IMG/VR virus record: IMGVR_UViG_3300044640_001495 | Span: 248,001-312,000 of that record | Direction: 5' to 3' (one strand) | Length of the DNA: 64,000 bases | In this document: positions 40,019 through 48,930 of the stretch, one piece after another | Layout: each line of letters starts with the position of its first letter | Position numbering within the stretch: position 1 is the stretch's first letter | The notes under the pieces: generated by a model | Seen by the model: the letters and a program-made list of their open reading frames with translations, nothing else | Databases searched by the model: none | What the model was told of the DNA's origin: nothing | Program-made: the position numbers and the translations under genes

Positions 40019-40826
40019 TCCAGTATTTTTCGTGGCGATTTACAATTAAATCACTCTTTGCGCTCTTACCGTAGTCTTTGCGTTTGCCCTTAAGGTGATC
40101 AAGGTATGCACCCCATGCACTATTGATTAAAGGATGGCCTTCACCTTTGAATAAACCTGCACTCCAGTCATACCATTGCCATTCTGGATGACGTTGTTTG
40201 ACTTCTTTCCTAACAATGTCAAAAACCCAACAGTCGTTCCACTCACTCATGGTAAACAGTCTGCCAGTGTCGTAGGCTTTTTGAAATTCAACAAGAAACT
40301 CTTGAGTGTTTTTGTCCTGCAAGTTCATGGAATACAAGCCGCATTCTGTAAACTTTTTCTCTCTACCTAAAAACCCTAGACCAATGTTAGAAGCAGCCAT
40401 TTTATCTATAAAGTGATGGGGAACAGGTGTATGACACACCATATCAGCATCCATCCAAAATAGTACATCGGCATCACAGTTTGCGGCAGCGTGGCACACT
40501 GAATAAATTTTATGGCTAAACCGGATAGCGTCCCAGCGGAATCCCACTCCAGGTGCTTTGCCTTTTCGATCAACAGGTCCAGTGGCTACAAGACCATTGG
40601 CCCTGGGGTCATTTTTCCACTTTTCTTTAAATGCTACTAGTGCAGGCACAGTGGCATGTAAATCTCTAACCACTAGATTAGGGGCAGACTCGGTTATTTC
40701 ACAGTCTTCTGGGTAGACATACAATGTAATATCTGATGGCCATGTTTTTAAAAATGTTTCAATCATTTTTCGGCCATATTTTTCATAACCAGCCTTGTGA
40801 AATGTAGTGACTACTGCTTTTTTCAT
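40002..40826 (-). CDS. GT-A glycosyltransferase-like protein (start ATG 40826, coupled to the gmd stop)
   Basis: WDAIRFSHK, FWMDAD, ECGLY, EWNDCWVFD, DHLKGKRK; paralogous to 39305-40018. Confidence 0.7.
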   Translation of the reverse strand: MKKAVVTTFHKAGYEKYGRKMIETFLKTWPSDITLYVYPEDCEITESAPNLVVRDLHATVPALVAFKEKWKNDPRANGLVATGPVDRKGKAPGVGFRWDAIRFSHKIYSVCHAAANCDADVLFWMDADMVCHTPVPHHFIDKMAASNIGLGFLGREKKFTECGLYSMNLQDKNTQEFLVEFQKAYDTGRLFTMSEWNDCWVFDIVRKEVKQRHPEWQWYDWSAGLFKGEGHPLINSAWGAYLDHLKGKRKDYGKSAKSDLIVNRHEKYWISSPG

Positions 40827-41836
40827 CTTGTTTGTAATGTCCAATCTGCACCTTGGTTGCCACCATATCGTTTAATGTCGGCGTCGACCATCATTTTAAC
40901 AAGAGCGTCAAAATCAGTCTTACGCTGCCAACCTAGCACTGATTCTGCCTTGGTAGGATTACCACATAGGCTGTGTAATTCAGCAGGACGTACAAATGCT
41001 GGATTAGTTTCAATATAATTTTGCCAATTGTCAATGCCAGCATACTTAAATGCACGTTCTAACAAATCGCCAATGGTATATTGCACACCTGTGGCGATCA
41101 CATAGTCGCCTGGCTCGGGCTGTTGCAACATCAACCACATGGCTTCCACAAAATCTCCGGCAAACCCCCAATCACGTTTGGCATCTAAATTTCCTAAGAC
41201 AATTTTATCTTGAAGGCCAAGTTTAATACGAGCAACACCGTCTGTGATTTTACGTGTGACAAATTCTTTGCCTCTAATAGGACTTTCATGATTAAACAAA
41301 ATACCGTTTGATGCATGTAGGCTATAACTTTCACGGAAGTTTACAGTCATCCAGTATGCATACAACTTAGCAACACCGTAAGGACTACGTGGCCAAAACG
41401 GAGTTTTTTCGTCTTGTTTTCCACCTGAAATTTCAATACTGTTGCCAAACATTTCACTAGTACTAGCTTGGTAATATTTGGTATCTGGACTATGTTGTTT
41501 GACAGCGTTAAGAATATTTAAAACTCCAACAGCATTGACCTCAGTGGTCATTTTATTAAGATCCCAACTGGCTCCGACAAAACTTTGAGCAGCAAGGTTA
41601 TAAAATTCGTTTGGTCTTAAACTCTTTACCAAATGATTCATACAACCGTCGTCTGTAATATCACCGGTAATTAACTCAATGTCGTTTTCAATTCCTAAGA
41701 ATTTGATATTATCCAAATTTGGATTTGAATATCGTTTGACCAGTCCGTAGACCTTGTAGTCTTTTTCTAAAAGTAGTTTGGCAAGGTAAGGACCATCTTG
41801 TCCTGTCATGCCTGTGACAAATGCAATTTTTTTCAT
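40823..41836 (-). CDS. gmd: GDP-mannose 4,6-dehydratase
   Basis: TGMTGQDG.YLA, NLAAQSFV, YQASTSEMFG, PRSPYGVAK, FNHES..RG..FVTRKI, LGNLDAKRDWG. Confidence 0.95.
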   Translation of the reverse strand: MKKIAFVTGMTGQDGPYLAKLLLEKDYKVYGLVKRYSNPNLDNIKFLGIENDIELITGDITDDGCMNHLVKSLRPNEFYNLAAQSFVGASWDLNKMTTEVNAVGVLNILNAVKQHSPDTKYYQASTSEMFGNSIEISGGKQDEKTPFWPRSPYGVAKLYAYWMTVNFRESYSLHASNGILFNHESPIRGKEFVTRKITDGVARIKLGLQDKIVLGNLDAKRDWGFAGDFVEAMWLMLQQPEPGDYVIATGVQYTIGDLLERAFKYAGIDNWQNYIETNPAFVRPAELHSLCGNPTKAESVLGWQRKTDFDALVKMMVDADIKRYGGNQGADWTLQTR

Positions 41837-41890
41837 ATTTTTCCTAGTTTCGATAAGGTGAATTATTTATGAGATATTTTCAATGCTAGG

Positions 41891-42283
41891 TTATTTCTTC
41901 CACACGTAGTAATTTTTAGCAACTTCTCTAATAGCGTAGTGATCTGATTTCAATAATTTTTGACATTCTTTAGATATCAGTTCAGGTCCTTCAATTATGA
42001 TCGTGGGCTGTGTTCGGCGCCATATCTGCTGAAGTTCAGGTATAAATTCTTCATGTACAAAATCAATAATTATTAAATCCACATCAGACACCAAATGGAT
42101 ATTATCGAAATTTTCTCTGTATACCACATTTCTTTTTTGAATACGTGGTAGTGTGCCATTGACCACAAATACCGTGTCAAAGGTTTCTAACAGATCCTCT
42201 AGATTACCCAACGCCGTGCCTACAGCCAGCACATTTCGTGCTTTACGGTGAGCCTTCTTCATTCGTTTTGAAAATTTTGTCAT
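41891..42283 (-). CDS. hypothetical protein, possibly a truncated Rossmann fold
   Basis: Protein-like composition; same strand as and upstream of gmd. Confidence 0.55.
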   Translation of the reverse strand: MTKFSKRMKKAHRKARNVLAVGTALGNLEDLLETFDTVFVVNGTLPRIQKRNVVYRENFDNIHLVSDVDLIIIDFVHEEFIPELQQIWRRTQPTIIIEGPELISKECQKLLKSDHYAIREVAKNYYVWKK

Positions 42284-42319
42284 AGATATTGATTAAATAC
42301 ACATATATTTATTTGACTG

Positions 42320-43159
42320 ATGAGATTCAAAATTCATAAAACCCACGGAGCTCTTAACAGTGCTCCAATATTTGCAGCCTTGGAACAAGGTATCAAAAAT
42401 ACCGGTTTTTCGGTGGTAGATTCGGGTCAAGACGTGGATGTGATTTGGTCAGTGTTATGGCATGGTCGCATGCAGGCCAATCAACTCATCTACAATCAAT
42501 GCCGAGCAAAAAGAAAACCAGTGATGATCATTGAGGTGGGCAATCTCATCCGAGGCACCACTTGGCGTATCAGTTTAGACCACATCCATGGCCTGGGAAT
42601 TTTTGGAAATAGTGAAAATCTTGATCAAGCACGACCAAAAATTCTAGGCGTGGATTTGAAACCCGTTGACGATAATAGAAATAATAAAATTTTAATTGCT
42701 TGTCAACATGAGCGTAGTCTTCAGTGGGAAGGGCAATCATCCATGGCGGAATGGGTGAAACAAAAAGTGGCAGAAATTAGAAAATTCACTGATAAATCTG
42801 TGGTAGTGAGACCGCATCCGCGATCGCCGGTAAGTTTGAATATTCAAGGAGTCACAGTTGAGCAGCCAAAAAAAATTCCAAATAGCTATGATTCATTTGA
42901 TATCAATTACAAATATCACTGCGTGATAAATCACAACAGCGGTCCTGCTGTGCAAGCGGCGATCAGTGGAATTCCTGTGATCTGCGACCACACAAGTTTG
43001 GCATTTGACGTCAGCGATGTCATTGAAAATATCAATAGGCCAATCTTGCCAGACAGAACACAATGGTTTGTGAAACTGTGTCATACCGAATGGACAGTGC
43101 AAGAAATATCCACAGGGATTCCAATACAACGCCTTGTTGCCGCATTAAAAAATTATTGA
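42320..43159 (+). CDS. GT-B / capsule-synthesis-like glycosyltransferase, paralogue 3
   Basis: IIEVG, ILIACQH, VVRPHP, VINHNSGPAVQAAISGIP. Confidence 0.6.
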   Translation: MRFKIHKTHGALNSAPIFAALEQGIKNTGFSVVDSGQDVDVIWSVLWHGRMQANQLIYNQCRAKRKPVMIIEVGNLIRGTTWRISLDHIHGLGIFGNSENLDQARPKILGVDLKPVDDNRNNKILIACQHERSLQWEGQSSMAEWVKQKVAEIRKFTDKSVVVRPHPRSPVSLNIQGVTVEQPKKIPNSYDSFDINYKYHCVINHNSGPAVQAAISGIPVICDHTSLAFDVSDVIENINRPILPDRTQWFVKLCHTEWTVQEISTGIPIQRLVAALKNY

Positions 43160-43166
43160 AAAATCA

Positions 43167-43195
43167 TTGACTTTTGTTAAGAAATACAGTATAGT
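43167..43195 (+). promoter_or_regulatory. sigma70-type promoter TTGACT-N17-TATAGT, 6 nt before the ATG
   Basis: Exact spacing read from the sequence; no SD. Confidence 0.75.
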
Positions 43196-43201
43196 ATTAG
43201 T

Positions 43202-44398
43202 ATGACAAAATTTTCTTGTGTAGAAGATCTATTAGTTGAATTTTATAATCAGACACTGTTTGATATAACAATCTTGCAAGATCAAGATCGTGCTGCCATA
43301 CATGGATTCTATAATACACTAGATCTCGGTAATCAATTAACTGCTAATCAAGGTGGTTTTTTACTGAAAATTCTGTCCAAGTACAAAACGTTTGCCAACA
43401 GTCTCGGCATAGATTATGGCACGTTGATAGACACACCTATATGGAAAACCACCTTTAGAAAATTAGATCTTACTAGAAAAATATTTGTAGAACAGTCCGA
43501 AGAGGGTGAGATCACAGTGTGTTTAAAATTTCCATATGCATTGAAAGAAGCCTTCGAAAAAGAATTTCATACTGAAAATACACCATACAGTTCCAACACC
43601 TGGGACAGTGATAGAAAACTGCGTGTGCTAAATGTTTACAAATATAATATCATACAGCTTGAAGAATTTTGCAGAAAGCATGACTTTGAACTTGATGACA
43701 CTTTTCTCACGTTGGTTGACACAGTGGCAGAGATTTGGGATCAACAGGATCAAATTATCCCCTGTGCATATATCACAGCTGGTGAATTAGTGCTGTGTAA
43801 TGCCACTGAAGATGCAGAACTATTTTATCAAAAACACAAACAGGATGATATAGACCAAAATATATTCTTGGCCAAAAGCATGGGGTATCCTACTCGATTT
43901 GATCGACCAATAGAGACCAAACTTGAGGTTATCTGTTCATCTAAATCAAGATTTTTTTGGATGAAATCTAATAGAGATTTCTTTGACCTTTACAAGCAGG
44001 TCGATGGGATTGTCTGTGTGTTAATTGATCGCAATACTCAAGACAGCATTGATTGGTTGCAAAAATTTGTCGAGTCTGCTGATATTGCCGGTATACCAAG
44101 ATCAGATATCAGGGTGTGTTTTCGAGACCCCACTGAAAAGAAATCTCAGCTAAATGCATGGATCAAAGACAACAATCTTGGTGGTAAAGTTCAAGAAGGT
44201 AAAATACTTATATTCTTTCATAAACCCCCTAAGTGGTTGTTTAAAGACAACATTGATGTTAAAATAGTTGTAACAAATAGCTACACACCAATCAACGAAC
44301 CCACTTCATCTGTGTGGTTAGATACTCATCCTTGTGTGTGTTATTTGAGTGACATAAAACCAACTCCTACAAGGAAACAGAAAATTGTCAGTTTGTAA
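43202..44398 (+). CDS. hypothetical protein coupled to uvsW, possibly with a HARP-like segment
   Basis: Long ORF overlapping the uvsW start; KFPY...WDSDRK resembles HARP-like modules (weak). Confidence 0.55.
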   Translation: MTKFSCVEDLLVEFYNQTLFDITILQDQDRAAIHGFYNTLDLGNQLTANQGGFLLKILSKYKTFANSLGIDYGTLIDTPIWKTTFRKLDLTRKIFVEQSEEGEITVCLKFPYALKEAFEKEFHTENTPYSSNTWDSDRKLRVLNVYKYNIIQLEEFCRKHDFELDDTFLTLVDTVAEIWDQQDQIIPCAYITAGELVLCNATEDAELFYQKHKQDDIDQNIFLAKSMGYPTRFDRPIETKLEVICSSKSRFFWMKSNRDFFDLYKQVDGIVCVLIDRNTQDSIDWLQKFVESADIAGIPRSDIRVCFRDPTEKKSQLNAWIKDNNLGGKVQEGKILIFFHKPPKWLFKDNIDVKIVVTNSYTPINEPTSSVWLDTHPCVCYLSDIKPTPTRKQKIVSL

Positions 44399-45839
44399 AC
44401 TAGTGATTCGAGATGAAGTTAATATCAAGTTGGAAGGACTCAGTGTTGAAACACGGCGTAAAATTGTTAACAAATTGAAATTTGATCTACCATATGCCCG
44501 ACACATGCCATCATACAAACTGGGTCGATGGGATGGTACAAAAACCTATTTTAGCATCGGTGGTACTGGTTATCTTGCACACCTTGATGTTATATTGCCC
44601 ATCGTAGAAGAAGCTGGATATGAAATAGATATTGAAGATCAACGACATCACACCAAGATAGAATTTGCTCCTATAACAGAAAACTACTGGGCAGACAAGG
44701 GCAAGACATGGCCCAAGGGGCATCCTGAAGCAGGAACTCCTATTGTACTTCGTGATTATCAATACGACGTTGTTAACAAGTTTTTAGAAAACTCACAATC
44801 ATTACAGGAGGTAGCTACAGGTGCAGGCAAAACAATTACTACAGCGACATTGTCGCATCTTTGTGAGGCGTATGGGCGTACGATGGTTATTGTTCCGAAC
44901 AAATCTCTTGTTGTACAAACTGAAGAAGACTACAAAAACCTTGGACTAGATGTGGGTGTATACTTCGGCGACAGAAAAGAATTAGGTAAGACGCACACTA
45001 TCTGCACCTGGCAAAGTCTTAATGTACTCGATAAGAAAAGTTACGATGACGAAGTGTTATCGTTAGCTGAATTTACTGCTGGAGTATCTGCAATTATTAT
45101 CGATGAAGTTCATCAGGCCAAGGCAGAAGTGTTAACGAAATTGTTGACACAGAACTTTAGCAACTGTGCTATACGATGGGGACTCACGGGAACTATTCCC
45201 AAAGAAGCATGGGAATTTCAAGGCATCCTTGCCAGCATCGGACCAGTTATCAATCAGGTATCGGCACATGACCTACAGGAGAAGGGCGTTCTAGCACAAT
45301 TACAAATTAACATTTTGCAAACCAACGAAGTACAGGAATTTAGAAGTTTTGCAGACGAATATGCATTTTTGGTCACCGACGATTCTAGAATTACTTGGAT
45401 GGCAAATAAAATACAATCACTAGCTTTAACAGGAAATACTCTAGTGTTAATCAACAGAATTGACACTGGGAATAAATTGATTGAGCGCATACCGGAAGCT
45501 GTATTCGTTAGTGGTGGAATGAAGCTAGGCGATAGGAAAGAAGAATATGACGAGATTAAAACAAGTGATGGTAAGATTATTGTGGCGACTTATGGTGTGG
45601 CCGCTGTGGGTATTAATATCCCTAGGATTTTTAATTTGGTTCTTGTGGAGCCCGGAAAGAGCTTTGTCCGAGTTATACAAAGTATTGGGCGAGGCATTAG
45701 AAAAGCGCAAGACAAAGACCACGTTGAAATCTGGGACATAACTTCACAGTGCAAATATTCCAAACGACATCTCACTGAACGAAAGAAATTTTACAAAGAG
45801 GCCAAGTACCCCTTTACAATTACCAAGGTATCCATATGA
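44385..45839 (+). CDS. uvsW: SF2 helicase UvsW
   Basis: LRDYQ, ATGAGKT, DEVH, GLTGT, VGINIPR, QSIGRGIR; TTG start. Confidence 0.92.
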   Translation: MSVCKLVIRDEVNIKLEGLSVETRRKIVNKLKFDLPYARHMPSYKLGRWDGTKTYFSIGGTGYLAHLDVILPIVEEAGYEIDIEDQRHHTKIEFAPITENYWADKGKTWPKGHPEAGTPIVLRDYQYDVVNKFLENSQSLQEVATGAGKTITTATLSHLCEAYGRTMVIVPNKSLVVQTEEDYKNLGLDVGVYFGDRKELGKTHTICTWQSLNVLDKKSYDDEVLSLAEFTAGVSAIIIDEVHQAKAEVLTKLLTQNFSNCAIRWGLTGTIPKEAWEFQGILASIGPVINQVSAHDLQEKGVLAQLQINILQTNEVQEFRSFADEYAFLVTDDSRITWMANKIQSLALTGNTLVLINRIDTGNKLIERIPEAVFVSGGMKLGDRKEEYDEIKTSDGKIIVATYGVAAVGINIPRIFNLVLVEPGKSFVRVIQSIGRGIRKAQDKDHVEIWDITSQCKYSKRHLTERKKFYKEAKYPFTITKVSI

Positions 45840-46342
45840 AAATTTTAACCCTAAACAATAGATCTTTTGATCTAAACGAATTGCCAGATGAGGTAGACGA
45901 AGACACTAGATTTTCAGTATTAGATAATTCCAATCCTAACGAACCAGATTTCTTTTTTATGCCGTTGATATTTTTGGAATCATTTAACTCGCCTGCTATA
46001 TTATTAAGTGTGGGAGGTTATGAAGTACAAATGCCACTAGACTGGTGCATGATCGTTGGAGATCGAGATTGTGGACTAGACCCTGAAGTTTTGCCCCTGA
46101 CCAGCCTAAATGAACGTGGATTTGATGCATTTATTTTTAATCCCATAAATGGATTTAAATGTGAGTATATGCCCATTGAAATAGTAAATATCTATCAAGA
46201 CGTGAGATGGTACTTTCCTAAAATGAAAAACGGACAATTACTCACTGTGCCATTGCATGATGGTCCTAGTCCGCCATGTGCATATTTTGTTAAAGAAATC
46301 AGTAGACAGAGCGAAATTTTACAATTAGATAAGGTTATTTAA
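45836..46342 (+). CDS. hypothetical all-beta protein, possibly an inactive Hint-like fold
   Basis: Strand pattern loosely follows Hint blocks, with none of the catalytic residues. Confidence 0.45.
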   Translation: MKILTLNNRSFDLNELPDEVDEDTRFSVLDNSNPNEPDFFFMPLIFLESFNSPAILLSVGGYEVQMPLDWCMIVGDRDCGLDPEVLPLTSLNERGFDAFIFNPINGFKCEYMPIEIVNIYQDVRWYFPKMKNGQLLTVPLHDGPSPPCAYFVKEISRQSEILQLDKVI

Positions 46343-46343
46343 A

Positions 46344-46700
46344 ATGAAAGCAGGAAAAGTTTGGGGACAGACAGAATTATTAGAAGCCAATGGTGTATTG
46401 GAATTTCACCGCATTGAAGCCAAAAAAGGCGGCACATGTTCCAAGCATAAACATCAATACAAATGGAATGGCTTCTTTGTAGAAAAAGGTGAAATGATCA
46501 TTCGTGTTTGGAAAAACAACTATGATCTAGTTGATGAAACACTTTTACGAGCCGGAGAGTATACAAAGGTAGCACCCGGAGAATATCATCAATTTGAAGC
46601 AGTAGCTGATTGTGTTGCTTTTGAATTATATTGGGCAGAGTTTGATCACGATGATATAGAGCGTGAAACTGTAGGGTACGCAAAAAATGGGAAATCTTAA
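46344..46700 (+). CDS. cupin-fold protein
   Basis: KVWGQTE, CSKHKH..KWNGFFV.KG, VAPGEYHQF, FELYW. Confidence 0.8.
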   Translation: MKAGKVWGQTELLEANGVLEFHRIEAKKGGTCSKHKHQYKWNGFFVEKGEMIIRVWKNNYDLVDETLLRAGEYTKVAPGEYHQFEAVADCVAFELYWAEFDHDDIERETVGYAKNGKS

Positions 46701-46974
46701 ACCAGGTGCTACCTATACATACGAACACAAAGATAGCGTTGTATATGCCTCAGAAGCAGGCGACTCGAATAAACAAGTACAAGGGTGGATGTATAATAAA
46801 GATAATCCAAACTTTGATCCGCGCACGAGTGATGGAAGACCGTTGCACGATCACATGATGGAAGATCAACTTTGGGGTAAAATTCGGCGGGCTGCCCGGA
46901 CAAATCCCACTTTACAAGAAGCAATAGAACGTGTTATAATAATATATCACCTAAGCAAAGACAATGGCAAATAA
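46687..46974 (+). CDS. hypothetical protein
   Basis: Coupled on both sides within the replication operon. Confidence 0.65.
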   Translation: MGNLKPGATYTYEHKDSVVYASEAGDSNKQVQGWMYNKDNPNFDPRTSDGRPLHDHMMEDQLWGKIRRAARTNPTLQEAIERVIIIYHLSKDNGK

Positions 46975-47440
46975 ACACATAGACCTCTTTAAAGAAATAA
47001 TTCCAGCAGTTGATCTTGGAATGAAAGACTTATGGGATGCCGCCACTGATGATGGAAGGAAAGAGATCAAAGGAGATTTCTGGAATCTTAATAGATATAT
47101 CAGCAGTGTTAAAAGCAGTGATCGGTCGCTTCAAGAGCATTTTGTTTTGACCGTAAATGAATACTACAATAAAAATTGGAATAATATTCAAAAACATCCC
47201 AAACTGGTTTGGCAGTCGTTGTGTGCCTGTAGTAGAGGCACAGGTCAAACCTATTTTCATGAATGGATTCCTCTTAAAAAACAAAAAAATAAAAAAGTAG
47301 ATTTTCTAGCAGAGCTGTTTCCGAACATGAAAATGACAGATGTTGAAACTCTAGCAGCAATAACTACAGACAAAGAAATAAAAGAATATGCTAAGGACCT
47401 TGGTTGGGATAAGAAGCAAATTGCAGACATTAAATTATAA
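46964..47440 (+). CDS. probable clamp-loader small subunit, gp62-like
   Basis: Helical pattern LNRYISS..VNEYYN..HPKL.W..EWI loosely follows gp62; replisome context. Inference. Confidence 0.45.
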   Translation: MANKHIDLFKEIIPAVDLGMKDLWDAATDDGRKEIKGDFWNLNRYISSVKSSDRSLQEHFVLTVNEYYNKNWNNIQKHPKLVWQSLCACSRGTGQTYFHEWIPLKKQKNKKVDFLAELFPNMKMTDVETLAAITTDKEIKEYAKDLGWDKKQIADIKL

Positions 47441-48107
47441 GTGCGAATACTGCGGCAAAGAATTTGTCAAAGAAAAAACTTTGGCTGTGCATGTCTGTGA
47501 ACAGAAACGTAGACACATGAGCAAGAATGAAAGACATGTTCAGGCAGGCCTGTTAACATTCCAACGATTTTATGAACTGGCACAGCGAGGTTCTAGTCCC
47601 AAGACCTTTGATGATTTTGCAGGTAGTTCATTCTACAATGCCATGGTAAAGTTTGGTAGTTTTCTTGTAAACACTGCTCCTATCTATCCAGAGAGATTTA
47701 TTGACTTTGTGGTCAAGAGTGGAGTAAAACTAGATCATTGGTGCAGAGATGAACTTTATGATACCTATATCAGTGAGCTGATAAAAATAGAACCAGCAGA
47801 CGGTGCAATACAGAGAACCATCAAAACCATGATGGAATGGAGTGATGCTAACTCAGCCCCCTGGGAACACTACTTTCAATACGTTAATCTCAACCGCGCT
47901 ACGCACGATATCAAGGAAGGATTGATTAGTCCGTGGATGGTGTTAAATAGCAAGTCGGGGAAGGAAATGTTAAAGCGTATGAATGATGAGCAACTAGATA
48001 TAGTTGGTCCAATTATTGATCCTAACTATTGGTCCAGACGTTTTAAATCTTTACCCGCAGATGTAGAGTTAGTTAAAGACGTCATCAAGGAGGCGAAAAT
48101 ATTATGA
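47421..48107 (+). CDS. C2H2-type Zn-finger hypothetical protein (probable TTG start 47421)
   Basis: YKCEYCGKEF..EKTLAVHVC N-terminus. Confidence 0.65.
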   Translation: MQTLNYKCEYCGKEFVKEKTLAVHVCEQKRRHMSKNERHVQAGLLTFQRFYELAQRGSSPKTFDDFAGSSFYNAMVKFGSFLVNTAPIYPERFIDFVVKSGVKLDHWCRDELYDTYISELIKIEPADGAIQRTIKTMMEWSDANSAPWEHYFQYVNLNRATHDIKEGLISPWMVLNSKSGKEMLKRMNDEQLDIVGPIIDPNYWSRRFKSLPADVELVKDVIKEAKIL

Positions 48108-48352
48108 TTTATAAGAAAAGAAAAGAAGAAGCAAGCGCACCACCTGTAGAAGACGAAGAAGTAGAGTTAGCACACAACGAAGAACATATATCTAGAGACG
48201 ATATAGACATTGAGATAGTGATTGCGGAAGATTCCGACGATGTATTTGTAAAATTTACGGGGTTCAATGATCGCGAAGATTCTGAAGAGTATGCACAGTT
48301 TCTAGCAGATACATTGCCTTTGCTATTGTTTGAAACCACGAGATTGAACTAA
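48104..48352 (+). CDS. small acidic hypothetical protein
   Basis: Translationally coupled on both sides. Confidence 0.65.
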   Translation: MIYKKRKEEASAPPVEDEEVELAHNEEHISRDDIDIEIVIAEDSDDVFVKFTGFNDREDSEEYAQFLADTLPLLLFETTRLN

Positions 48353-48930
48353 TGCCGGATATTGACATAGACTTTGTAGACCGCGATCAAGCATTAAAAT
48401 TGTTTGAACACATCCCTGCCAGTAGACTAGACAATCAACGATTGGTCAAGCATAACACAGGTGTATATCTACACGCTGTTCCTGTAGATGCAGTTAGTGG
48501 TCTATGTCAACTTCCCTATGAACAGGCAGAAGAAGAAAAGTATTTTAAAATAGATTTTCTCAATGTTGGAATTTATAAAGGTGTTCGTGATGAAGAACAT
48601 CTAGTTTATCTAATGAATCAGGAGCCACTATGGGACTTACTTCAACAAGACGAATTTGTAAATCTGTTATTTCATTTGAACGGGCATGGAGATATAATCC
48701 GGAAGACCCTACCGACTTCCGTGGAACAATTATCTGCCGTCCTAGCTATGATCCGCCCAGCCAAACGTTATCTGATTGGGAAGCCTTGGACGACGATCAT
48801 GACGGAAGTATGGACCAAGCCAGAGACTGGTGATTACTACTTTAAGAAGAGTCATGCCACTGCCTATGCTGTTGCTATCGTTGTACAGATGAATTTAATC
48901 TGTGAACAGATTAGTTATGGATTCCAATGA
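48352..48930 (+). CDS. miniature family-C (DnaE / Pol III alpha) polymerase core
   Basis: PDIDID, KHNTGVY, FKIDFLN, LAMIRP, YYFKKSHATAYA occur in DnaE order within 192 aa. Confidence 0.8.
   Translation: MPDIDIDFVDRDQALKLFEHIPASRLDNQRLVKHNTGVYLHAVPVDAVSGLCQLPYEQAEEEKYFKIDFLNVGIYKGVRDEEHLVYLMNQEPLWDLLQQDEFVNLLFHLNGHGDIIRKTLPTSVEQLSAVLAMIRPAKRYLIGKPWTTIMTEVWTKPETGDYYFKKSHATAYAVAIVVQMNLICEQISYGFQ

Noticed and set aside
48352-48930. dnaE pseudogene or frameshifted full-length polymerase
   Set aside because: Motifs that are hundreds of residues apart in DnaE are joined in one clean frame with coupled start and stop, and neighbouring ORFs show no DnaE remnants.
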